Shown piece by piece: positions 20,174-28,675 of a stretch of DNA of 64,000 bases; within the stretch, counting starts at the first letter, position 1, and each line of letters starts with the position of its first letter. Under the pieces are notes generated by a model, which saw nothing but the letters and a program-made list of their open reading frames with translations, made no database searches and was not told where the DNA came from. A program made the translations under genes and the position numbers. The stretch is from positions 24,424 to 88,423 of the forward strand of contig JAHLVW010000053.1 in NCBI GenBank assembly GCA_019058275.1. The letters are read 5' to 3'. Source of the stretch: Candidatus Heimdallarchaeota archaeon (GTDB lineage Archaea; Asgardarchaeota; Heimdallarchaeia; JABLTI01).

Positions 20174-21211
20174 GTGGATTTTTTGGCTCCGTTAAAAGTT
20201 GGTTTACCAAGAGCGTTAGTGCACTACAAATTTTTCACCTTGTGGGAAACTTTCTTTGCAGAATTAGGCGCAGAAGTTATTGTTTCTCCTGAAACTAATA
20301 AAAAAATTCGCGAAATGGCTATTAGAGCTGCACCTGATGAAGATTGTTATTCTACAAAACTTTACTTTGGTCATGTACTTGCTTTGAAAGATCAAGTTGA
20401 CTATTTGTTTATTCCTCGTTTTGGGAGTAATCACAAAATAAACGTTGGTTGTCCAAAATTCTTAGGACTTGCAGAAGTTTTACGATCAATATTCCCTGAT
20501 TTACCACCAATAATTCGACCATACTATTCAAAGGCAAAAAGTGGTCACAAAAATATTCGTCTCTTGTTTATCGCCTTTTCTGTAGGTTATAAATTTACGA
20601 AGAACCCCTTCAAAATTTTACATGCTTTCCGGAAATCAGTTAAGGCCTATAAAAAATACAAAAAGAATCTAATTATTGATGAAAATACCCTTCACCAATG
20701 GGAACATTCAGAAGAAGTTCTTAATGATCGCCCCATTTTAACAGATAACGAGAAACCGCTTAAAATTGCTCTAGTAGGCCATTGCTATGTAATAAATGAT
20801 GGTTATGCATCATTAGATATCAGAAAAAAACTATGTGAACTCGGAGCTGATGTTATTACTTCAGAACAAATGCCACGAAACATTATTGAGCAATATATGG
20901 AAACACTTGATTTCAATATGTATTTTGATTACGAGAGAGAAATACTTGGAACAATTATGCATTTCCTCGAATCGAAAACAGTTGACGGGATAATTCACTT
21001 AATGATTTTTGGATGTGGACCTGACTCCATAGTGGGAGAAATGGCTGCAAGATTCTATAAAAGAAAACCAGAAACCCTATTATTACAATTAGTGCTAGAT
21101 GACCTAACAGCAGAAGCTGGTTTACGTACAAGAATAGAAGCTTTTATTGATATGATAAAAAGGAGAGAAAAAAAAGTTGCCATTCACCTTCCCACACTTC
21201 GGATCTCTTAA
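20174..21211 (+). CDS. DUF2229/COG3580-like protein (HgdA/B-related subunit A, copy 1)
   Basis: GLPRALVHYKFFTLWETFFAELGAEVIVSP, APDEDCYSTKLYFGH, YLFIPRF, GCPKF and MIFGCGPDS match the pattern I recall for the C-terminal domains of bacterial 'CoA-substrate-specific enzyme activase' fusions. Confidence 0.8.
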   Translation: MDFLAPLKVGLPRALVHYKFFTLWETFFAELGAEVIVSPETNKKIREMAIRAAPDEDCYSTKLYFGHVLALKDQVDYLFIPRFGSNHKINVGCPKFLGLAEVLRSIFPDLPPIIRPYYSKAKSGHKNIRLLFIAFSVGYKFTKNPFKILHAFRKSVKAYKKYKKNLIIDENTLHQWEHSEEVLNDRPILTDNEKPLKIALVGHCYVINDGYASLDIRKKLCELGADVITSEQMPRNIIEQYMETLDFNMYFDYEREILGTIMHFLESKTVDGIIHLMIFGCGPDSIVGEMAARFYKRKPETLLLQLVLDDLTAEAGLRTRIEAFIDMIKRREKKVAIHLPTLRIS

Positions 21212-22268
21212 GTACGTGTTCAAAGTATTATTGAACGAATTGGGACGTTTTGATTTAATCATGCCTACTAAACCAAATAAGAAAACAGCTCAATTAGGAG
21301 CAATTCATTCTCCAGAATTCATTTGTACCCCATTTAAAATAACTCTTGGTACTTTCATAGAGGGATTGGAAAGAGGAGCAACGGAGCTAGGTATGGGGGG
21401 TTGCAATGCTTATTGCCGTTTTGGTTATTATTGGCCTGTACAAAAACTCATTCTCGAAGATTTAGGATACGATTTCAAATTTATAGCTCTAAACTACGAG
21501 TCTCCAAAAGAAATAATTCAAGTGATTAAAAAAGAAATAAGTCCAGATTTGAACCTACTTCAAATAATAAGAGCATTTAGAATCATGTGGTTAAAAAATC
21601 GTTTAACCGATTTAGTTGACAAATTAATCTACAAATATAGAGCTATTGAAACTACGAAAGGAAGCACAGAAAGAGTAGCCCAAAAAGCTTTCAACATGAT
21701 AGTTGAATTAAAAGGTATTCGAAATATAAAGAGGTCAACTAGAACATTACCACAAATGTTTGAAAATGAAATTGACTATGATAAAAAAGCTAATCCTTTG
21801 AAAGTTTGTGTTAATGGAGAAATCTATGTTGTTTTAGAACCCTCATTGAACTTAGATATTATGAAAAGATTGAATGAAATTGGTGTTCATGTTGAAACTC
21901 CGATTAGTCTGGGAAGATACATTGATGTTGGTGTAAAACTGAATCCTTTCAAGAAATTTCATTCTCAACATTCAGTAGCTGCAGCAAAACCTTACGTCGA
22001 ACATCGCTGTGGAGGAGAAACACAAGAAAATCTTGGAGACGTAATCATGTACAAAAAAGAAGGGTGGGATGGGATAATTCATCTTTATCCTTTTACTTGT
22101 ATGCCTGAAATAATCTCGAGGAGCATTTTCCCACAGTTAAGTAAGAAATATGACATGCCAGTCATGTCTCTAGTTTTAGACGAACAAACAGCTGAAGCTG
22201 GTTTACAAACAAGATTAGAGGCTTTTATTGATCTTCTAGCTCGGAAAAGGGATGCAAATGGGAATTAA
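21177..22268 (+). CDS. DUF2229/COG3581-like protein (HgdA/B-related subunit B, copy 1)
   Basis: MPFTFPHFGSLKY, HSPEFICTPFKITLGTFIE, GGCNAYCRFGYYW and LYPFTCMPE. TTG start preceded by AGGAG. It overlaps A1 by 35 nt. Confidence 0.8.
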   Translation: MPFTFPHFGSLKYVFKVLLNELGRFDLIMPTKPNKKTAQLGAIHSPEFICTPFKITLGTFIEGLERGATELGMGGCNAYCRFGYYWPVQKLILEDLGYDFKFIALNYESPKEIIQVIKKEISPDLNLLQIIRAFRIMWLKNRLTDLVDKLIYKYRAIETTKGSTERVAQKAFNMIVELKGIRNIKRSTRTLPQMFENEIDYDKKANPLKVCVNGEIYVVLEPSLNLDIMKRLNEIGVHVETPISLGRYIDVGVKLNPFKKFHSQHSVAAAKPYVEHRCGGETQENLGDVIMYKKEGWDGIIHLYPFTCMPEIISRSIFPQLSKKYDMPVMSLVLDEQTAEAGLQTRLEAFIDLLARKRDANGN

Positions 22269-22292
22269 AACAGCAAAATGAGGAGATAAAAT

Positions 22293-23257
22293 ATGATTAA
22301 AAACAATAGAGAATATTATCTTGGTGTGGATGTTGGTTCAATTAGTACCAATTTAGCACTTATTGATAAAGATCGTGAATTATATGAATCAGTTTACATT
22401 CAAACAGAAGGTCGACCTGTAAATTCGGTTCAAAAAGGTATAACTCTACTTAGAGAAAAAACATAAAAATTTCTGAAGCAGAAGCGACAAGCAGTGCACG
22501 TCAATTAACAGGAGTAGTGATTGGTGCAGACATCGTAAAAAATGAAATTACTGCTCATGCATTGGCTTCTTTGCATTATCATCCTGATATACAAACAATT
22601 ATTGAAATTGGTGGTCAAGATAGTAAAATAATCATCATTCGTGATGGTGTAGCAGTTGATTTTGCTATGAATACTGTTTGTGCAGCAGGAACAGGCTCCT
22701 TCCTTGATATGCAAGCAACAAGATTAGATATCCCAATAGAGAATTTTGGTGATTTAGCTTTGAAATCAGAATCATCTGTTTAAATAGCTGGTCGATGTAC
22801 TGTATTTGCAGAAAGTGATATGATCCATAAGCAACAATTAGGTCATCCTACAGAAGATATCATCAAAGGTTTGTGTGAAGCATTAGCAAGAAATTACCTT
22901 AATAATGTTGGTAAGGGTAAAGATATTAAACCACTTATTATGTTCCAAGGAGGAGTTGCTTCAAATATAGGTATGCGAGTTGCATTCAAGAAATACCTCG
23001 AAGAAGATATTATAGTTCCAGAACATTATGATGTAATGGGAGCAATAAGGGCAGCTATTCTAGCTTTAGAAGATATGACAAAAAATCCTCATGAATCTTT
23101 ATTTTATGGTTGGGATATTCCAGAAATGTCTTTTCAAACAACTGGTTTTGAATGTGAAGGATGTCTCAATGTTTGTGAAATAGTTGAGATTAAAAAAAAT
23201 AATGAATTAGTAGCTCGTTGGGGTAGTAGATGTGGTAAGTGGGATTTAGCTGATTAG
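22293..23257 (+). pseudogene. BcrAD/BadFG-type (2-hydroxyacyl-CoA dehydratase) activase, decayed
   Basis: YYLGVDVGSISTN, EITAHA, EIGGQDSK, CAAGTGSFLD, GRCTVFAESDM and FQGGVASN. It is interrupted by a frame change at the A6 run 22456-22461 (frame-0 TAA at 22464) and by an in-frame TAA at 22781-22783. Confidence 0.8.
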
Positions 23258-23341
23258 TTAATAATTCACTTCCTTTTTTCTCATTCTATAATGCTCAATC
23301 CTTAATATAAAATATGAACTTTGTTTTAGTGGTGACTAGAT

Positions 23342-23550
23342 TTGAAGAACTATGATATAATAGCAATTGGAACTGGTTCGTCTATGAACATCGTTCCTAC
23401 ATTACTTAATTCCAACCCGGATTTGAAAATTGCAGTAATTGATAAGGATGAACCTGGTGGGATTTGTTTAACTAAGGGGTGCATTGCAACAAAGATTTTG
23501 TAAATCCATATTGCATACGATACAGCTGTCTGACTAGAAATTTTGGTACT
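23342..23550 (+). pseudogene. N-terminal stub of a pyridine-nucleotide disulfide oxidoreductase (paralogue of 26105-27538)
   Basis: LKNYDIIAIGTGSSMNIV..IAVIDKDEPGGICLTKGCIATKIL* versus MKEYDIIAFGTGSAMNIV..VAVIDKDEPGGICLTKGCIPTKIL. Residual nucleotide similarity fades by about 23550. Confidence 0.7.
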
Positions 23551-23708
23551 TTCCAAAGAGTTCTAATTGTATCCTTTTTTTCCTTAGTTTAATTAAGCTC
23601 TATTTTTTCATCATTCTGTTCACTTTTTTTAGAGGTTTCTTTTGTCATAATTTAATTCTCCCATACTTGTAATTATTAACTGAAGCAATTGAGAAATATC
23701 TTATCTAC

Positions 23709-23748
23709 CAAGAATTTATTATTAAATTATATAGGGATTTCTATTTTA
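23709..23748 (+). promoter_or_regulatory. Conserved 40-nt promoter-region element, copy 2
   Basis: CAAGAATTTATTATTAAATTATATAGGGATTTCTATTTTA. It lies exactly 3,700 bp downstream of copy 1 and about 130 nt upstream of the A2 start codon. Confidence 0.6.
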
Positions 23749-23879
23749 CAGATAAATAAAAATCATGTAGTCGAACAACGACTAAAGAGAGTAATCATAG
23801 ATTACATCAAAAAAGAAAGAAAAAGATATCAATAAGTAATATATAATACAAATATTGAGATTATCAAATTCGAGGTGGG

Positions 23880-24911
23880 ATGTTTATGTCTCACAAAATT
23901 GGAATACCAAAAGCATTAATTTACTATAAATTTGCTCCAATGTGGAGAACATTTTTTGAAGAACTGGGATTGGAAGTTATCATTTCACCAGAAACAACGA
24001 AAAAGATTAGAGAATTAGCAATTAGCTCAGCTCCAGATGAGGATTGTTATACAACAAAGTTATACTTTGGGCATACAATGTATTTGAAAAATAAAGTGGA
24101 TTTTTTATTCATTCCTCGTTTTGGTAGTAAACATAAAACAGATATTGGTTGCCCAAAATTCATTGGTCTAGCTGATGTTTTACGTTCGATGTATTCAGAT
24201 TTACCAGAAATTATTATGCCTCACTTTAATATTGCAAAAGGTAGGGACAATAAAATATCATTCTTTATCAAGGCATATTTAGTAGGATTAAGATTTACTA
24301 AAAATCCTATAAAAATAATTCAAGCATTTAGAAAGGCTATGATTGCATATAAACAATACAAAAAACAGTTAATTGTAGATATTGAAACTCTAAGCAGATG
24401 GGAACAATCAGAAATTATGGTTAACGATTTTCCTATACTAAAGAAAGATGAAAAACCATTGAAAATAGCTCTAGTAGGGCATTCCTATGTTATTAATGAT
24501 TCTTATTGCTCATTAGATATTCGTAACAAACTAAGGGAACTTGGAGTTGATATTATCACTTCGGAGCAAATGCCACGAGAGTTGATAGAAGAACAATTAG
24601 CAGAACACGAAGCAAATTTATATTTTGAATTCGAACGAGAAATTCTTGGAACAATTCTTTATTTCATTAACAATAAAACAATTGATGGAATTATTCATTT
24701 GATGATTTTTGGCTGTGGACCAGATTCACTTGCTGGTGAAGTAGCATCTAGATTCTCAAGACGTAATCCTGTTGTACCATTATTACAGCTTGTTATTGAT
24801 GATCTAACAGCTGAAACAGGATTGAAAACTCGAATTGAAGCTTTTATCGATATGTTAAGACGGAGGGATAGTAGCTTTGCCTTTCAGTTACCCGCACTTC
24901 GGATCACTTAA
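23880..24911 (+). CDS. DUF2229/COG3580-like protein (subunit A, copy 2)
   Basis: Full-length paralogue of 20174-21211 (GIPKALIYYKF..APDEDCYTTKLYFGH..MIFGCGPDS). Confidence 0.8.
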   Translation: MFMSHKIGIPKALIYYKFAPMWRTFFEELGLEVIISPETTKKIRELAISSAPDEDCYTTKLYFGHTMYLKNKVDFLFIPRFGSKHKTDIGCPKFIGLADVLRSMYSDLPEIIMPHFNIAKGRDNKISFFIKAYLVGLRFTKNPIKIIQAFRKAMIAYKQYKKQLIVDIETLSRWEQSEIMVNDFPILKKDEKPLKIALVGHSYVINDSYCSLDIRNKLRELGVDIITSEQMPRELIEEQLAEHEANLYFEFEREILGTILYFINNKTIDGIIHLMIFGCGPDSLAGEVASRFSRRNPVVPLLQLVIDDLTAETGLKTRIEAFIDMLRRRDSSFAFQLPALRIT

Positions 24912-25980
24912 TTACATTTTTGAAGTGATCTTTAGGGAAATTGGTAGAAATGATTTAATAATACCCAATAAACCAAGCAAAAAAACAATTCAATTAGGAG
25001 CAAGATATTCACCAGAATTTGTTTGTACACCATTTAAAATGACTCTTGGTACTTTTATTGAAAGTTTAAATAGAGGTGCAACAGAATTAGGAATGGGTGG
25101 AGGTAATGGTTATTGTCGTTTTAGGTATTATTGGTTTGTCCAAAAACTAATACTAGAAGACCTTGGTTATGATTGTAAATTTGTAACTTTTGATTATGAA
25201 GATCCTTTACAACTTTTGAGAACTTTCAAGAATGCAGGAAAAGATGTCAATTATTTGCAAACATTTAGAGCATTCAGATATGCCTGGGTAAAAAATAGGT
25301 TAACAGATAAAGTAGATGAATTGCTTTACAAATATAGAACAATAGAATCTGAAAAAGGAGTATCCGAAAAATTTGCAGAGAAATTATATCGAGACATAGT
25401 CGAAATTAAAGGATTTAGAAATTGTCGAAAATTCCTTAGAAATTTACCTGAAATATTCGAACAAGAGATTGATGTGATAAGAGATACTGACCCATTAAAA
25501 ATAGCAATAAATGGTGAAGTCTATGTTGTTTTAGAACCAGCATTAAATCTGGACATAAACAAGAGGTTGAATGAACTTGGAGTCATTACTAAAGCAACAG
25601 TAACATTAAGAAAATTTCTTGATATTGGACAAAGATTGAATCCATTCTATAAAATGGAACATGAAAAAGCAATAAAATATTCACGTAAGTATGTACCATA
25701 TAACATTGGTGGCGAAACTCGCGAAAACCTTGGAGATGTAATTTTATATAAAAAGAAGGGTTGGGATGGGTTGATTCATCTTTACCCATTTACTTGCATG
25801 CCTGAAATAATTACTCGCAGCATTTTTCCCCAAGTAAGTAGGGATTATGATATGCCTGTTTTGTCGTTGGTTTTAGATGAACACACTGGAGAAGCGGGTT
25901 ATCAGACAAGACTTGAGGCATTTGTTGATTTGCTAAAACGAAGAAGAGATATTTTGCGAGAGAAGAAAAGATTAACATAA
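24877..25980 (+). CDS. DUF2229/COG3581-like protein (subunit B, copy 2)
   Basis: Full-length paralogue of 21177-22268 (MPFSYPHFGSLNY..SPEFVCTPFKMTLGTFIE..LYPFTCMPE). TTG start after GGAGG, with the same 35-nt overlap with A2. Confidence 0.8.
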   Translation: MPFSYPHFGSLNYIFEVIFREIGRNDLIIPNKPSKKTIQLGARYSPEFVCTPFKMTLGTFIESLNRGATELGMGGGNGYCRFRYYWFVQKLILEDLGYDCKFVTFDYEDPLQLLRTFKNAGKDVNYLQTFRAFRYAWVKNRLTDKVDELLYKYRTIESEKGVSEKFAEKLYRDIVEIKGFRNCRKFLRNLPEIFEQEIDVIRDTDPLKIAINGEVYVVLEPALNLDINKRLNELGVITKATVTLRKFLDIGQRLNPFYKMEHEKAIKYSRKYVPYNIGGETRENLGDVILYKKKGWDGLIHLYPFTCMPEIITRSIFPQVSRDYDMPVLSLVLDEHTGEAGYQTRLEAFVDLLKRRRDILREKKRLT

Positions 25981-26104
25981 TTTTTTTAAGAGAAAAAGTA
26001 GCAGTTTTTGTCTTTCAGTTTAAGCTTTTATTTTATTTTTTTCTCATATTCTAATACTTAATACTTAATATAAGTACTATTAATCATGAATTGGAGATGA
26101 AATC

Positions 26105-27538
26105 ATGAAAGAGTATGATATAATAGCTTTTGGAACTGGTTCTGCAATGAATATTGTTTCAGCAGTTTTGGGAGCTAAACCCGAATTAAAAGTTGCTGTA
26201 ATTGATAAGGATGAACCTGGGGGTATTTGTTTAACAAAGGGATGTATTCCAACAAAGATTTTACTTTATCCCTCAGAAATTATTAGAACAATTCAGAGGG
26301 CTAGTAATTTTGGTATAGATGTTGATTTAAGGAAAGTTGATTTCAAATTTGTGATGGAAAGAATGCGATCACTTATTGGACATGATATGAGCAATATCAG
26401 TCAGGGATTATCTCAAACAGAGGAATTAGATTATTATAAAGATATGGCAGAATTCATAGGACCTTATACGCTAAAAGTTGGAGATGAGAAGATAAAAGGG
26501 AAAATGATTCTTCTCTGTACGGGTTCTAAACCAAAGATTCCTAAAATTAAGGGATTAGAAGAGATCGATTACCATACAAGTGACAGTATACTACAGATTA
26601 GTGAATTACCAAAAACAATTGGTATTGTTGGAGGAGGATATATTGCAGCTGAATATGGTCATTTCTTTTCTACAATGGGATCAAAAGTATCAATCATTGG
26701 AAGAAATCCCCAATTTTTACCTCAAGAGGAACCTGAAGTTTCTGCATTAGCCAAAAAAGAACTGAGCAAACACATGGAGATAAGAACTAATGCTGAAGTT
26801 AAAGTAATTGAAAAAACAGCTGATGGGAAAAAGAAAATTATCTCTACAAACCGAGATACTAATGAAACAATCGAATTAATAGTAGATGAAGTTTTCATAG
26901 CAGCTGGAAGAAGTTCAAATTCAGACATTCTTCATCCCGAAAAAAGTGGTATTAAGACTGACAAAGATGGTTGGATTATAGTTAATGAATTTCTTGAGAC
27001 AACAAAACAAAATATCTGGGCTTTTGGTGATGCAAATGGTAAATTCCTATTCAAACATGCTGCAAATTATGAAAGTCAGATTGTTTATTATAATGCAGTT
27101 CAAGAACAAGAAAATAAAGTAAGCTACCACGCCATACCCCATGCAGTTTTCACAGATCCAGAAGTTGCTGGTGTTGGTCTTAGAGAAGCTGAAGCAATAG
27201 AGCAATTCGGTATCAAAGATGTCATTATTGGTTTCCAAAGATACCAAGATACAGCCAAAGGAATGGCTATGGATGTAGAAGATTTCTTTGTAAAGATAAT
27301 TGTTCAGCGTGAAACTATGGAAATTTTAGGAGCACACATAATTGGTCCACAAGCATCAGTTTTAATTCAAGAAGTTATCAACTTGATGTATACTAATGAT
27401 AGAAGTGTTTTGCCATTAATGCGAGGAATGCATATTCATCCTGCTTTAAACGAAGTTGTGGAAAGAGCAGCTGGAAATCTAATGACTGTCGATCATTATC
27501 ATCATCTATTAGAGCAAATGGGTTTGAGTGTTGATTAA
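26105..27538 (+). CDS. Class-I FAD-dependent pyridine-nucleotide disulfide oxidoreductase (dihydrolipoamide dehydrogenase/mycothione reductase-like)
   Basis: IAFGTGSA dinucleotide fold, redox-active GGICLTKGCIPTK (CxxxxC), second GGGYIAAE fold, and C-terminal HIHPALNEVVE (His-Glu dyad region). Confidence 0.9.
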   Translation: MKEYDIIAFGTGSAMNIVSAVLGAKPELKVAVIDKDEPGGICLTKGCIPTKILLYPSEIIRTIQRASNFGIDVDLRKVDFKFVMERMRSLIGHDMSNISQGLSQTEELDYYKDMAEFIGPYTLKVGDEKIKGKMILLCTGSKPKIPKIKGLEEIDYHTSDSILQISELPKTIGIVGGGYIAAEYGHFFSTMGSKVSIIGRNPQFLPQEEPEVSALAKKELSKHMEIRTNAEVKVIEKTADGKKKIISTNRDTNETIELIVDEVFIAAGRSSNSDILHPEKSGIKTDKDGWIIVNEFLETTKQNIWAFGDANGKFLFKHAANYESQIVYYNAVQEQENKVSYHAIPHAVFTDPEVAGVGLREAEAIEQFGIKDVIIGFQRYQDTAKGMAMDVEDFFVKIIVQRETMEILGAHIIGPQASVLIQEVINLMYTNDRSVLPLMRGMHIHPALNEVVERAAGNLMTVDHYHHLLEQMGLSVD

Positions 27539-27622
27539 CCAAAAACTCATCCTACAATTAGCTTATAAGTATTAATGAAAACATTTTAAGAATGGATAAA
27601 TCACTACATCGAGAGGATAAAA

Positions 27623-28609
27623 ATGAGCGAAACTACTCCAATAGACACAGAGCTGAAAACAATCTTAACAAAAGAATATCGTTGGTCTACTTATTCATTT
27701 CTTGTTAATTTAGCTAGTTTTTCTACCCTAACTGTTTTGATTTGTGTGCTTATGCAAATGCACAAAATAGTACCTGATGGACATCCAGAATTAGAAAGTT
27801 GGATAATTATTGTCGTTGGAGTATCTTTAGAAGTTTTCTTTGCAGGTTTATCAGCATTAGATGCTTACAGACGAAATCCCAGTGATAGGAATATTAATTC
27901 ACGAATCTTTAATTTACCTGTTTTTTCAATTGCCGCAATTATAATAGCAGTAATCTTTTGGGGACAAGACATACAACTAACAATAGTCTATGGAGGAATA
28001 TGTGGTGGTTTTGCAGGATACCTAGCTGGGGGATTGGCTTATGCTAATTTCTTTATCCATATCAAAGATATTGTTTACAGAACAATTTTTGGAGGTTGGG
28101 TCGGAACTTTCCTAGGAGCTATTTTTGGAGCACTCATAGCTGGATTAGTGGATCCAGTTTTTGGCGAGGGTTTTGGAGGGATTTTCATGGGCTTTTGGGG
28201 AGGAGCTATTGTATCAGGACCAATTGCCACAGCACTGCTTTATTACCTAAAAGATAAGAAAAAATTCACTGATTTCTTTTCAAAAGTACAATATGATGGA
28301 CCAATTAGAGAATTAAGAAAAGATCTTGTTATTTATTTTGAATCAAATTCAAAAATCAAAGAATTACATTTGAAAGACACAGTTTTGTATCAAGAGATAG
28401 TTGAGAAAGATGTAAAACTAAAAGATGAATCAGATAAGACAAATTGGAATAAACTATTGCGTGGTCTGTTGTTCATTCTTTTCTTAATTAGTCCATGGTT
28501 AATTCGAGACGAAGCTCAGAGAATTATAGATAATAATCTAATAGTCGATTTTGCACTTGAAAATACTATTTTGACTCGAGAAGAAGATATTGTTAAAAAA
28601 GCAGAATGA
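27623..28609 (+). CDS. Hypothetical multi-pass membrane protein with Gly-rich helices and a soluble C-terminal domain
   Basis: 328-aa ORF with several hydrophobic Gly-zipper-like segments (GGICGGFAGYLAGGLAY, GGWVGTFLGAIFGALIAGL). No family recognised. Confidence 0.5.
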   Translation: MSETTPIDTELKTILTKEYRWSTYSFLVNLASFSTLTVLICVLMQMHKIVPDGHPELESWIIIVVGVSLEVFFAGLSALDAYRRNPSDRNINSRIFNLPVFSIAAIIIAVIFWGQDIQLTIVYGGICGGFAGYLAGGLAYANFFIHIKDIVYRTIFGGWVGTFLGAIFGALIAGLVDPVFGEGFGGIFMGFWGGAIVSGPIATALLYYLKDKKKFTDFFSKVQYDGPIRELRKDLVIYFESNSKIKELHLKDTVLYQEIVEKDVKLKDESDKTNWNKLLRGLLFILFLISPWLIRDEAQRIIDNNLIVDFALENTILTREEDIVKKAE

Positions 28610-28675
28610 GTTTTCTTATTCATTATCCTTTTTCAAAAAGCTATATTAGTTCAACTCATTTTAGATTAAATTGAG

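Noticed and set aside
22452-22466. Possible programmed -1 ribosomal frameshift at the A6 run (GAAAAAAC) joining the two activase frames
   Set aside because: The zero-frame codons (GAA AAA ACA) do not form a canonical X XXY YYZ heptamer. The gene also carries an in-frame TAA at 22781 and a degraded TGSGR motif. Decay or a homopolymer indel explains it better.
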